A stretch of DNA of 64,000 bases from Basidiobolus meristosporus CBS 931.73 (Eukaryota; Fungi; Basidiobolomycota), in contig MCFE01000368.1 in assembly GCA_002104905.1 (NCBI GenBank), positions 1 through 64,000 on the forward strand, written 5' to 3'. The first letter of the stretch is position 1, and every line of letters starts with the position of its first letter. A program made the translations under genes and the position numbers. Of the stretch, positions 1 through 12,770 are shown in pieces. Below the pieces are notes generated by a model that saw only the letters and a list, made by a program, of their open reading frames with translations, did no database searches and was not told the origin of the DNA.

Positions 1-1065
1 AGGCTGCAAAAATTAAATGTGAGCTGGCCATAACGATACTGGATGAGCAGGTCCTTTGCTTACCTGTTGACACAGAATCCGGGTTTGCTAAAGCTGGGTA
101 CAGGTGCTCACTAACACAAACTACATATCCAAATCTTAGCAATCAGCATACATCCCACAGAATCCGCGCATATAATCAACAACAAAATCCACCTTTTCTA
201 TTTGCACACTCGTAGAGCCAGTCAAGGCTGACTATATGCAAATTTCTTTTAACAGCTGCTTGGTATTTCCTTCCCTCTGGAACGTTTGCATGAGTTAAAG
301 AAGTTCTTTCCTTTACGAAAACGAAAAGCGTAACCATTAAGCAAAAGGATATTTTTACAATCAGATGTGTGCAGGGCATTGTTAGAGCAGGGGAGTACTC
401 GCCACCATTTTCTACAGTCAGTTTCTCTACAGCTTCTCTCTCCTCTACCAACAACAAAGTGTATTATTATTATTATGAACGCAAACACTTGTAGGTGTAA
501 TATCATACCTCCGGATAGGCCTGTCACACATATGCAGCAGCCGGTCAAAGGTAAAAGTGTATGCAGTTTAGAAATCTGTCAAGTCAATAAGCAAAATAAG
601 TAAAGATTCTAACGCATCTCACGGAATAAATCGTACCGTATTCGGCTCAAAGTTTTCGTTGTTTTTGAAATATTCATAGCACTGCTCTGCCCAGAGTGGG
701 GTTAAAATTGGAACCTTGCATCGAAGTGCTGCCTGAACATTGGAATTTTGATACTTGGTTATTCGTAATATTGATTTGTCGAGCCTCAATGAGCTCCCTT
801 GCCTTGTACTTTTCTGAGCCAACTTTGTCTGCGATTAGATGCGTCACGTTATTAGTGAAGTCTGGCTGTATGCGTCCGCCAAGTTCTTCGACTTGGGAAT
901 ACAACGCTTGCTACAGAGAGAGGACAATTCATTAGGGATCTACAAGTGGTAATCCAATCGATTTAAATTTTCTACTACTTTAGTCGCCACTGACAAGCCA
1001 GTACAGCAAATGATATAGTCTTCAAATGGCTTTCGTTGTAGAAAAGAGTTGTCGTCGTAAAGCAT
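1..1065 (-). CDS. DPB11: Tandem-BRCT replication initiation/checkpoint scaffold (Dpb11/Rad4-Cut5/TopBP1), 5' part, spliced; continues off the left edge
   Basis: Exons read by hand: 1065-979, 910-803, 732-637, 575-509, 444-359, (310 or 289)-193, 120-~63. They give MLYDDNSFLQRKPFEDYIICCTGLSVATKQALYSQVEELGGRIQPDFTNNVTHLIADKVGSEKYKAALRCKVPILTPLW...LPLTGCCICVTGLSGEEREAVEKLTVENGGEYSPALTMPCTHLI..ANVPEGRKYQAAVKRNLHIVSLDWLYEC. This is colinear with BRCT1-BRCT2 of S. pombe Rad4/Cut5 as recalled. Introns are 61-72 nt, except intron 5 (48 or 69 nt). Confidence 0.9.
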
Positions 1066-1167
1066 CGTATTACTATTAACATTGGGCCGTAGGCGAGACA
1101 TGGCATATAATTAGCTGTATAATATTTGCCGTCGATTCCAATACCTAATTCTGGTTTAAGGGCCGTC

Positions 1168-1175
1168 ACGCGAAA
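1168..1175. promoter_or_regulatory. MCB/SCB/E2F-like G1/S element (ACGCGAAA)
   Basis: ACGCGAAA lies ~100 bp upstream of the BRCT gene ATG; it contains the MCB core ACGCG and the SCB-like CGCGAAA. Function is inferred. Confidence 0.45.
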
Positions 1176-1945
1176 GTAATGAAGGAACAAGAGTCTTCCG
1201 CCAGCTCGAAGTCGACGCCAATAAAAATCAAAAGACTGTATATTTGGTGGCAAAACACAGGAATTATTGTAAATAAACAGTGCTTCCATGAATGTGTGTG
1301 ATGATTAATATATACATAATACACAGCTAGTTAATCACGGTTATCAAGACGCAGTAGCCGTAACAGTAACAGCAACAAAATCCCGATTTTGATGCTACCA
1401 GTGAATTTTCATGACTGCCCCATATTAAAACTTGAGCCTTGATCGTATTCTAGCATCTACAAGTGGAAGAAGTACAATAGCATTTCCTACATCTAGAATT
1501 GTTTAGGCCACTGTCCTAGTCGCGAGTTTTAGCTTCATTATTTAGTTTGATATCCAGATTATGTGATAAATCTCATATTTACATTCACTTTGTCTATGAA
1601 CTCAAATAGTTCAAATTCTTTGTTGGTGTTTATCTCATATATATCCATTAGTGTCTAAAAACCCCAAGCTTGATATACATATCTTTAAGACATCCCTAAG
1701 CATAAGCTAGATTATTAAGTGAGTGACTTGTACTACCCCCCAACACTCTATTAACTTAGTCACTTTGACTATAGCTTAGAGGTTTGAATCCTTGCCAGTG
1801 ATTATATAGGTTATTAAGTTAGACTATATTGCTGCCATCAAGTGGATCCACAGATACATGAAAGGAACTGCTGATATCAGCATGAAGCACATATACATTG
1901 ATTTCAATCATGGTCTTTTGTGATCCTCTGATGAAGAGTTGAGAC

Positions 1946-2613
1946 TGTTATAAAATTGGAAATTCCACCTAAATATTCACCCAACTTAGTCATGTAGATT
2001 GTTACCTACAAATTTTAGTGACAACTGACCAATTTCTTGTTGAGATTTACTTGGAATATTTTCACCAAAACATCTGGTACCCAGAACATGAAAACTTGAT
2101 AAATTGCCCAAACAGCCCCAAACCTTGCACACATGTACTTGGGGCCTTCCTAAACCTATTCTATGTGTTTGCTATGCCAAGACCATGTAAAAGTATAAAT
2201 ACTACTTTTACATTCAATAAATCATCAAGTGAAAACCTCTTAATCCACTAGTACTTCCAATCATTTCCAATATCCCCACAACCCTTACAACAGGCTATGA
2301 GCCCCAAGCTGTCACCCTGTGCAGTGTCTACCACTGCTACTTCCAGAATTTCTCCCCCTGCTGAAAAGTTGCGTGGATCAAAACCCAAGTCTGGAAGGCA
2401 AAGCTGAAGATGCTGTTACAGGAGAGTGGCCTTTAGGATATTGCCATTGGAGACAAATGCCATCCAAAATACATAGCAGAGGAAGCCTGAGGGTTCTAGA
2501 TGAAAGAACAGAGTGCCTTTAACTGCATTTGCCTCTATCAAAAACAAATGCTATTACAATGCTCAAGAGCAAAAGCCACAAAGGATGCCTGGAAGGCATT
2601 ATAATACACATAC
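1946..2613 (+). mobile_element. Copia family A, 5' fragment: LTR 1946-2292, PBS 2293-2305, decayed gag start
   Basis: TGTT..AACA LTR is followed by GGCTATGAGCCCC and gag-like sequence homologous to 6600-6880 on the opposite strand. Confidence 0.85.
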
Positions 2614-5600
2614 AGTTGTAGGAGTCTTGGAGATATTAGAAGTGATTGGGATGGCAAGTAGAATATGTGGTTTCACTTAATGATTTATTGAATGTAACAG
2701 TAGTATTCATACTTTTACATGGTCTTGGTATAACAAACATGTAGAGTAGGTTTAGAAAGGTCCAAAGAGCATGTGTGCAAAGTTTGGGGCTGTTTGTACA
2801 ACTTTGAGAATTTTCATCTTCTGGGTAAATATTCTAAGTAAATCCCAACAAGGAATTTGGTCAGTATTCTCTAGGATTTGAGGTGATGATCTAAGTGACT
2901 AAGTTAGGTGAATATTTAGGTGGAATTACAAATTTTTACAACACTCCCACTTAGCTAAATGTTCATACTAACCAGTCCTAATTTTGACCTAAGATATTCA
3001 GACATGTCTCTAGCTAATGCTTTGGGAAATATGTCTGCAATCATTTCATCTGAAAGACAGTAAACTAAGCTAACCAAGTTATTCTCTATAGCCTCATGTA
3101 TCAAATGATGTCTAATATCTATGTGCTTGGTTCTAGCATGAAAAGTTGGATTTCTACCTAATTGTATACATCCTTGATTATCTTGAAATAAAGTAATAGG
3201 TGTTTTTTGACATAGGCCTAAATCTGTAAAAAGCTTTCTTGACCACATTGCTCCTTTTGTAGCTTCACAGGCTGCCATATACTCTGCTTCTGTGGTAGAA
3301 AGTGCTATGGTTGGTTGCTTTCTTGAATTCCATGAAATTGCTCCTTTACAGTAAAGAAAGGTGTATCCTGTGGTGGATCTTCTGTCTTCCAAATTTTGTC
3401 CCCAATCAGCATCAGAGTATCCCACAAGATCCTCTTCTGAATCCTTATAAGTGTATCTTAAGCAGATATCAGCAGTTCCTTTTAGGTATCTAAAAACCTG
3501 CTTAACTGCTGAAATATGATCAGAACCATAGTTCTGATTATGTTGGCTGACAACTCCCACTGAATATAAGATATCTAGATGTGTTCCAAGCATGATATAG
3601 ATCAGACTGCCAACCATAGATTGATAAGGAAAGTCAGGGCTTTCAGACGGCACCAAGCTCTCTTGATTTGGTTGAGTTTTGACCAAGTTAAGGCTTGTCT
3701 ACATTGGGGTAGCTGCCAGTTTACAGTCTTCCATTTGGTACTTCTTTAGTATATCATGAATATACTTGGATTGGCTTAGGGTGATAGTCTGGGTATTTCT
3801 GTCTATGAAGAACTTAATCCTTAAGTAGTAACTGAGTTCTCCTAGATTGGACATTTTGAACTCCTTAGATAGGCTGGATTTAGTCTCTTGCAATGTTTCT
3901 AGGTTATTGGCAGCTATAATAAGATCATCCACATATAGAGCTAATAGAACAGGATTTGCTCTATCTGGCTTATAGTATATACTGTAGTCACCATTACTCC
4001 CTTTGAAACTCAAAGATTCCAAATAAGAATCTATCTTGCAATTCTAGGCTCTTGGTGATTGTCTGAGACCATACAGAGACTTTTTAAGCTTGCAGATCAA
4101 ATGGGGGTTATCTTGGTCAACAAACCCATCAAGCTGCTCCATATACACATCTGCATCAAGTTCTTCACTCAAAAATGCAGCTTTTACATCCATTTGATGA
4201 ATGAAAAACTTATATTTGGCTGCAATAGCCAATATTAATTTGATGGAGTTAAACTTGGCTACCAGTGCAGAGGTCTCAGTATAGTCAAGTCCTTTTGTTT
4301 GAGAGTATTCTTTGGCCACAAGTCTTGCTTTGTATCTTTCAATTGTACCATCAGCCTTGTATTTGGTCTCAAAGGTCCTTCTGCATCCAATTGATTTTTG
4401 GTCAATTGGTAATTTACAAAGTCCCAAGTTTGATTTTCCCTCAGGGAGTGATATTCCTCAGTCATTGTAGATCTCAAAACTTCATCTGATGGCTATTTAG
4501 GGCCTCTTTCACAGTCTAGGGCTCATTAATATGGACTGAGTAGGCATAGGCTAAGTTTGTATCCTCATTGATATAGTAATTTAGACTACTTCTTGTACAA
4601 TTGGATCTCCAGGCATTCCTGGTCACTGCTTCAGGGTGAACCATGGTTGCAGAGTTCTCTGGAGTAAAAAACTCTCATTGCTTTGCTCTGACTCAATCCT
4701 GACAATTGGTGGACTTGAGATCAGATTTTTGTCATCATCTGATGTCATTTTCTGTGAAAATTTTGAGTTTTCATCAAGCAACACATTCCTGGACTTGATA
4801 AGCTTCTTTACTTGGGTATTGTAGAGTCTGTATGCTTTACTCTCATTGCAGTAGCCCAAAAATATGCATTTTACACTTTTTGGCTCAAATTCTGACTGAT
4901 TTCTGGGCAGTTTCTTGGCCTATGCTGTACACCCAAATATTCTTAAATGTTCAGCACTTGGTATGTATCCATATCATGCTTCAAATGGAGTAGAATCACA
5001 AAGTATTCTGTTATAACTCCCATTTTTAAGGCATACAGATGTGGAAACTGATTCCGCCCAAAAATCATAAGATAATTTTTGATCATGGATCATAGAGCTT
5101 GCCATAACAATTACTGATCTGTTTGCATGTTCTGCTACTTCATTTTGCTGTGGGGAGTATGGTACAGTAGTCTCTTGCTTCATCCCATGAATTTTGCAGA
5201 AGTGGATGAGGAGCTTTGATGTATATTCTCCACCATTGTCAGAGTGTATTTTCTTGACTTTTTCACCAGTTTCTCCCTCCACCATGAATTCAAAGTCCCT
5301 GAGCTTAGACAGAGCTTCTTTCTTTCTCTCCATGTATTAGACCCATGTGTATCTTGCATAATCATCAATAAATGTGATTAGTACTTCATCCTGCCTAATG
5401 ATCAATATTGTATAGGTCAACACAGATCTGAGTGAATTAGATTTGATTTTTTCTTAGTATTGATTAATCCAGAGCTCTTGAGTGCTTGTCTGGCTTGTTA
5501 CCTAAGTATGCAGGCCTCACAGTGCTCCAAATTAGCTGGATGATCAATTTTTACCCCGGAAATTGGCTGATCTTTGATCATTTTGTGCAAATAATCACAT

Positions 5601-7243
5601 TGATGTGTCCAAATTTCCTGTGCTAAAGCATTGGTGTTTCTTCATTCAAGTTACTTATACTGGCTTCCAGATATGTATAAATATAAGTCAACTTATACAG
5701 ATTCTCATCTCTGATACCCAAACCAATATGAGCACCATTTTGATCAGTAATCCTGCATCCAGAATTGTCAAAGTTGATACTGAGTCCTTCTGTTGTGGCC
5801 TTGCTTACAGATAGTAGGCTCTTGGCTATTTCTGGTGTATAGGATACTTCTTTAAAGGCCATTGCATGGCTTCCTTCACTGCTTCTAAGGTTTACTGGGA
5901 TAGTTCCTTCTCCCACTGTACCAAGTGTTCTATTATCCCCCATGAAAACCTTCTTGACTAGAATTTCTTAATATTGGGTAAAAAGTTCTTTTTGGTGTGC
6001 AAAGTGTTGAGATGCTCCAGAGTCAGTATACCATGTCTGAGAATCCTTGTTTGTAGTCATATTCAGTGCAGATATGAATAGTCTGTCTTCAGTTGTTGCA
6101 GCATTTCCATATTCAGGCTTTTTTTGATGATTGTCTCTCTTTTTGAGACACCAGTCTGATGTGTGACCTTTCCTTATGCAGTAGTTGCAAAACTGGTTGC
6201 TGCTTCCTTTGTAAGGTCCTGGGTACCTCCTTTGTTGGTTATCATTGCTTATTAAAGCATTGTCTTCTTCCTTCTTATTGGTGCTTGATTTTCTTGATTA
6301 TTCATCCAGGAGCCTTCCATATATGTAATTTAAGGTCAAATCTTCAATTCTAGACTCTAGGGCTGATACATGGCCCTGAGGCTTATCTGTCAGGCTATTC
6401 AGGATGGTTACTATCACATCCTCATCAGTTGTTGGTATGCCCACAGATTCCATCTCATTTACCAGCAGGGTATATCTATTAGCTAGAATTTTCATTTCTT
6501 TTACTGGCTGCATCTATGTAGTAAAGAATTTTTGACTAAGATACATTTTCTTGGCAGCTGAACATGACAGGTAGGTATCTTCTAATGCCTTGCAGGCATT
6601 CTTTTCCATTTTGCTCTTGAGCACTTTATTAGCTATTTTTCTTTAGTATTAAGGCAAATGCAATCAAGGGCACTTTGCTCTTTCTTCTGGTGCCTTGAGG
6701 ATTCCTCTCCCACACTTTGAGGAGGGTATTCTTCTCTCATGACAATATCCCAAAGGCCTCTTTCTTGTAGCAGCATCTTCATCTTGATATTGCACACTTG
6801 GTAGTTAGATCCATTCAATTTTTCAGCAGAGGGAAAAATTTCAGTAGTAGCAGTAGTAGACATTGCAGTGAGTGACAGCTTGGGGCCCCTAAACTGTTGT
6901 AAGAGTCTTGGAGATATTGGAAGTTATTGGGAGGACAAGTAGATTATGTGGTTTTCACTTAATGATTTATTGAATGTAAGAGTAGTATTTGTACTTTTAC
7001 ATGGTCTTAGCATAACAAACATGTAGAGTAGGTTTAGAAAGGTCAAAAGAACATGTGTGCAAAGTTTGGAGCTGTTTGAGCAACTTATCTAATTTTCATG
7101 CTCTGGGTAACTGATATCATGGTGAGAATATTCCAAATAAATCCAAACAAGGATTTTGGTCAGTATTCTCCAGGGTTAGGAGGTAATGATCTAAGTGACC
7201 AAGTTAGGAGAATATTCAAGTGTCATTATTCACCTTTATAACA
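2614..7243 (-). mobile_element. Copia family A, full-length but decayed (3' LTR 2614-2943, 5' LTR 6895-7243)
   Basis: Paired ~330-350 bp LTRs and a PPT at 2944-2950. Domain order gag-PR-IN-RT-RH: LNGSNYQV/KMKMLLQERGLWDIV, HSDNGGEY..PQQNEVAEHANR, YKARLVAK..HQMDVKAAFL, YVDDL, YSDADWG..RRSTTG..EAEY. Many stops and frameshifts; no TSD seen. Confidence 0.95.
2955..4490 (-). pseudogene. Copia A reverse transcriptase/RNase H (frameshifted)
   Basis: ORFs 4044-4427, 3699-4022 and 2955-3686 carry RVT_2 and RNase HI motifs. Confidence 0.93.
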
Positions 7244-7559
7244 ATTTGGAGAATGGGTAGATTATGTGGTTTTCACTTGATGATAAATTAAATGTTAAAG
7301 TAGTATTTATTTGTCTATATGGTCCTGGTACAATAAGCAGGCAGAAAGGTCTAGGAAGGTCCCAAGACTATGTATGCAAGGTTTGGGGCTGCTTGGACAA
7401 CTTATCTAATTTTCATGTTCTGAGCTCATAGTATTTTGGTGAAAATATTCCAGTAAATCCCAACAAGAAATTTGGTCAGTATTCTGTAGGGTCTGAAGAT
7501 AATGATCCAAGTGACTAATTTAGGTGAGTATTTATGCGGAATCACAAATTTTTACAACA
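7244..7559 (-). repeat. Extra 5'-truncated copia A LTR, in tandem with the 5' LTR
   Basis: Aligns by eye to 2650-2943 and 6935-7243; ends TTTTTACAACA. Confidence 0.85.
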
Positions 7560-7599
7560 AACAGTGCCCAGAATGCTTTGTGTATTAGCAATCAGAGCT

Positions 7600-7915
7600 T
7601 ATACCAGTTGATTAATATCCCATAAAATCTGGAAGCCAATATAGGTAACTCAAGTGAAGAAACACCAATGCTTTGGTGCAGAAGATTTCCACACATCAGT
7701 CTTGATATTATGGACAAAGTGATTAAGGATAAGCTAATTTCTGGAGTACATATTGATAACCTAGGGAATTTTGAGAAATGTGAAGCCAACATATATGGGA
7801 AACAAGCCAGACAACTGTTCAAGTGCTCTGCATAGATCAAAATCAAGATAAATTGGATCTAATTCACTCAAGTTTGTGTGTACCTATGCTAAATATATCC
7901 TCAGGCAGGATGAAG
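7600..7915 (+). pseudogene. Copia A GAG-pre-integrase fragment
   Basis: Translates to EETPMLWCRRFPHI..CEANIYGKQARQ..LDLIHS; homologous to 5400-5660 in the opposite orientation. Confidence 0.75.
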
Positions 7916-7979
7916 TAGACTTTTTACAATGTAACATGATAGGGCATGCAGAACAATCTGCAGTGATTAAGAACAATCA

Positions 7980-9371
7980 GGTGTAAGGCTGTAGCTACCA
8001 GTGGGCAGGATTGATCTTGGACAATTTTGAATTATGTGGGACAATCTTGCACACTATGGCACAATCTGATGCAATGAGGTTGGCACAGATGATTGTGCCA
8101 TCTTGTATTGTTTGCATTGCATGCGCAATGGATATCTCTATCATGGTAGGTAAAATCTAATATTTGGATATATCCCTTCAATGTAAATGAAAATAAATTC
8201 ATATCACACTATATAACACACACACACTTACCATTTGGTTACCATTGCCCCAATTGGATGGAATGTCAGTGATTGCTCTAAAAGTATCCTGAAGCTGTGA
8301 GACCCCAGTAGGCTTATTGACCAATACACAGGCTACCTGATTTGTCTTCAAACATGCTATTTTGGCTACTGAGCAAGTAAATCCCTGACTTTAGTGATTG
8401 GACAAGGTGTTATATCCATTACACAACCAATTGCAAATAAAAATAGGTGTTACAGATGAGGCATGAGTAAGTAAGGTGTTTCTTTATGGGGGTTCTGTCT
8501 CAAAGTGAGACAACCTGGATATTACTGATATCAAAATTTAGTGATCATTGCCTTGTGATTGCTGTGCCTCAACATGCAAAAACTTAGCCAATTTTGATAT
8601 GTTAGAGGATATAGTACCCTAATTGGATTTTCCCTAACCTAAGAATTACTAATCCTAGTTATGATCTATCTTATCCCACCTCTGAGTGTATATAATCAAT
8701 TACTTGGCCACTTTGGAACTGACACACTTCTGAAGAAGTAACACTCTGAAGGATATCAATGGCCAAATATTAAGGCTGACTGCCCAGAATTTGTCAAGTT
8801 TTGCAGAGAATGCCAACTTTGCAATCACTATGAGAAATAATTGTAATGATTTTGTTAAAAGGCCTTCACAAATTTGAGGTCCCATGACTACAAGTTATTG
8901 TACCATCAGGAGATCTTGCTAAGACTGTCAAAAAGTAATTACACCCCAGATTCCACAAATTACTTGATGAAATTTCTCATACAATAATACAGCAGTGTCT
9001 CTTGATTGGTTTTCTGCCAATTCTCTCACTTTTTGATCCTGAACACTTAATCACCTCCTATATTTGTGTACATTGGTTGGTATTGGCACTTTTTCACACT
9101 CCTTACTTCCTGACTCAACTGTTTCTGTTACTTTTCATGCTTACATTTGATTTATTTCTGTTGCAGCTTCATATGTGACTCAATTGCCAATAGAATTGAC
9201 CTATAAAGTCCCTACATCCTGCACTAACATTGAGCCCAACCCCACACTCTACAAGTTACTCCATTATGATCCACCACTCAGTAAGTATTGCTGCTGTAAC
9301 ACAATGCTTCCGTGACTTTACAGGGAACCCCACAGCTTTATGCTACTGTTCATTCACTGGTTTCCATACTT
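7980..9371 (-). mobile_element. CACTA/tnp2-like element fragments (accessory gene pieces, plus a terminus-like segment ending at ~8507)
   Basis: Reverse-complement homology to 18880-19300 and 20380-20940. Segment 8440-8507 matches 13012-13075. Confidence 0.7.
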
Positions 9372-9607
9372 TGTAGTGGGGTCACAGTGACACCCATTGA
9401 TGAATGTGCTCATTCCCATATTTTGTACTTCCATATTTTTCTGCTACCCTTATATTGGTTTTATCCCATTTGTCTTACTCAATCAGTACTATCTCATAGG
9501 CTGGCTGACTACCAAACCTGCTTACCTTATTGCATAAGTAATCCCTCACTTTATGTAAGATCACTTGATATAAGTGCATCTATATTAGGCAGGTACATGT
9601 ACCAGTA
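9372..9607 (+). repeat. Family B repeat, 5' fragment
   Basis: Starts TGTAGTGGGGTCACAGTGACACCC, like 9827. Confidence 0.85.
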
Positions 9608-9608
9608 T

Positions 9609-11563
9609 CTATAACACAATAAGCCACGACTTAACTCACTCCAATGGACTTGTGTCTTTTTGAGCAGTTTGGCGGGTTCAGGTGGTTTTGCTTTGAAGTG
9701 CGCGCATTGACCTGATACATGTTGAGTCAATGCGGGGTACTCTTGTGAAGGGTGTTGGTGTAGTTTGGACTGACGTGCACCGGCATGCTGAAGTTGCAAG
9801 GGATGGTAAGGAATCCAGCAAGGCGTTGTAGTGGGGTCACAGTGACACCCACAGGCAGATGTGCTCATTCTTATGCGTTCACTTCCCTAAAAAGGATTAC
9901 CCCGCCTATATTATTATCATCCCAAATTTGCAATATTTCCTATTTTTGTCTATGTGATTATTGCTATGCAACCTGACAAACTATTTGTCACTATTAACCC
10001 ATTGCACAAGCTATTCTTATTCCTTGCTGAGATGCCAAGATAAGATAGTTACCTTATAAGGCAAGTACCCTAACAGTGCCCATGTCATGTGACCATCTTG
10101 GTTTCATAACCCTCCCATCTTACTACCATAAGAGGCAACCACATGACACAGAGGTTTCATATTACCACTACCTGATTGGCTAGGTGCTACTATGTCTCAT
10201 GGAACAATCCGCCAAGAATTTGCGCTATTTTTAGTACACAATGACATGATTGGCTGTCTACCACCTTCTGGAAACTTCCGGAAAGCATTTTCTAGCAAGA
10301 ATTTGAGCAGCAAAAAAAAGTATATAAGGGAGGCTATCCCTTAAAATAAATCATCCCTCTTCCAATATTCCGACTTATTGATTAGTTAGATCACCGCTAC
10401 CTATTACCATTATTTTCTGACTTGGACCTGACGACACTCCCAGGAAACTGCGCTGACAGCCAACTGACCTTGGAGGCACTACTTGTGAGGAATACTCAGA
10501 GTAGGTATATTTTATTATATTTGTTTGTTTTCCCAAGTTTGTTCTTGTACAGGCAAAGATACTTTTCAGTCTTTGTAACTATTGGTCAAAGCTGCATTCT
10601 TATCAAGTCCCTGTTGGTGGAGTTTACAGTTGTTTTGACTTTGGAAGCTTTAGTACATTGTCATCTCAAAGGACGTTGAAGCCATTATAAACTTTTGTTA
10701 AGACGCCAACTAAGTTGGGGATTGTAGTTCAATAGTTTTCCCTTGACAAGCTTGAGGCTTTATCCCCCATCACATTAGATTAGACAAAAGACCCAGTATT
10801 CCTAGCAAGCTTTTGCCAGAGGTTATTGCACCCAGTGAACACCCCACACACATTCACACTTGAGAAGTGTTGGCCGTCTTTGCCCTTTGGACTTATACAC
10901 CACCACAGCGTGCTGGCAAAATCTAGACAATGTTGCTTGCAGTTGGTATTCCTCCTCTCAAAGCTCACCTTCTGATTCCTCAAGGTATTCACTTACCCTC
11001 TGTCTAATACTTTGCAACTGTTGCCTGGATGAGTCCTGTGTATATTGCTCTTGGAAGCCACTTAGCTCTACTAATATATCATGTAATACATTAGTCATTT
11101 GAGGCAAAAACTGATCCAAAATCTCTTTGGTTCCCAAAGTCAAGGCACAAACAGACGCGTCTGGCCCATACTGTGCAAATTGCACGCAAAATTGTTCCTG
11201 CGCAGCTTCCTTATCAAATCCCCTCACTCTCAGCTCATTCTTAATTTCAATACTTGTCTTGTTGTATATCTTCTTACATACATCTGCTGGCATCTTGATG
11301 TAGAACTTATGCCACAGCTTTCTACTCAGGTTCTTCTATCTCTGTTGACTCTCCAAGGTATCTAGTTCTACTAGATTAATGAGTAGTGCCCAAATATCTG
11401 TATGAAGGCTCATCATAAACACTTGGGCCATACTGAAATCATTTGGCAAGAACTTGAACGGATCCAACATTGCCTTTTCCAGTCTGGACTGGGCTTGTGA
11501 GCTGGGGGATGGGTTTTGTCTGGGTTGAACTAAAGATGAGTTGAGACTTGGTATAGGGACCAT
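9609..11563 (-). pseudogene. Second ORF of the DDE element (~289 aa, unknown function), split by a family B insertion
   Basis: Removing 9827-10907 plus one TSD copy restores one 870-nt frame with no frameshift and four internal stops (one TAG, three TGA). Confidence 0.7.
9827..10907 (+). mobile_element. Family B element (solo LTR or non-autonomous Ginger-like), 1081 bp, TSD GCGT
   Basis: Ends TGTAGTGG..CCACCACA; GCGT at 9823-9826 and 10908-10911; internal TATATAAG and AATAAA at ~10321-10350. Confidence 0.9.
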
Positions 11564-11920
11564 AGTGATGCATTCAGATACTAATACAGTGGTGTATTGG
11601 CATCAGCCTGGTCTTATATGAAATATATATGAAAACTAATGTGATTGTTGAATTTTCAATATATTATGCAAGATGCATCTTGGATTGCATTGACACAAAT
11701 TAGATTACATCAATTGCAGATTTCTTATTTGATTATAGACTTGTGAGTAAAGCATCAATAAAAATACCCTGTCATTGTTTGAGGATGATTTTTGCAACAT
11801 AATGATGGGATACATGGCAATTCATGGAGATTTAATCATAATGCATGGAAAATCCGATAAATATGGCTGATCACGCCAAATCAAATCAAATCATCTCAGC
11901 ACAATCCTCCCAATTTTAAT

Positions 11921-12770
11921 ATGACTTGCTCATCTGAATGGTCTTTTCTCATCAATCCTATCACTACCACTGGATTTTCTTTTGACACAATAGAGGAGAT
12001 CTATACCAAGTACTGTGGTCCATCTACCCCAATCTACTCAAGGAGATCCCTTGGTAAGCTTCTCTGTTATTACATGAACTATTGCCCTACAAGGTTTCAT
12101 CCCACCATCCATGGTAACAAAAGTCCTAGACGCTTTCATTATTAGCTGACAGCAATGCAGAACCACCTTGCAGAGGGTATGAATGACTTAGAGCAAGCTT
12201 GGAGTACTAGGTTTAGAAGCTCCAATAGACTTCCATATCACAGAGTGTTCTGCACCAGGTTCCATATAAGGAGTATTTTGGATACCTTCCCAGTCAGGAT
12301 TAACAGACCTTCTAGAGGGCAGAGGCACTTTTATCCTGGCAAGTACAAGGCACACTGTGTGAAGTTTCAAGCACTGTCTGACATTGAGTGTAACATCATC
12401 TGGTTTAGTGGGCCATTTGCTGGAAGTAGTCATGACAAAGCACTCTGGGTAGAGAATCATCCAGAATGCAGTAGAGGGGAGAAATGTATGGCAGACTTAG
12501 CTTATATAGGAGAGGATTGTCAGAGATTAGGATGTATTACAGCTTACAGGAAGCCAAGTAATGGTGTGCTTAGCACTAAGCAGAAGCTCTACAATGAGAT
12601 ATTTAACCATTTCAGAGTGAGGGTAGAGCATATATTTGGATATCTGTAGAGGTTCAGCATATTGGCAGGTAAATACAGAGGAAAGTCATATATAAGTGAA
12701 AACAGTAGAATAGGTAAATAGTTAAGATATTTATCAATGCACAGTATATTCATACAAGAAGACATCCACT
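11921..12770 (+). pseudogene. DDE_Tnp_4-type (IS5/ISL2/Harbinger) transposase
   Basis: Motifs ILDTFPVRINRP..YPGKYKAHCVKFQ..SGPFAGSSHD..ADLAYIG..YRKP..QKLYN..RVRVEHIFGYL; internal stops. Confidence 0.9.

Noticed and set aside
975-1289. 104-aa ORF MEALFIYNNS..
   Set aside because: It overlaps BRCT exon 1 in a different frame and spans the promoter/5' UTR; no recognisable features.
1765-1800. GGTTTGAATCC, resembling a CpG-decayed tRNA T-arm (GGTTCGAATCC)
   Set aside because: No D-arm/A-box or acceptor stem could be folded; insufficient for a tRNA or SINE call.
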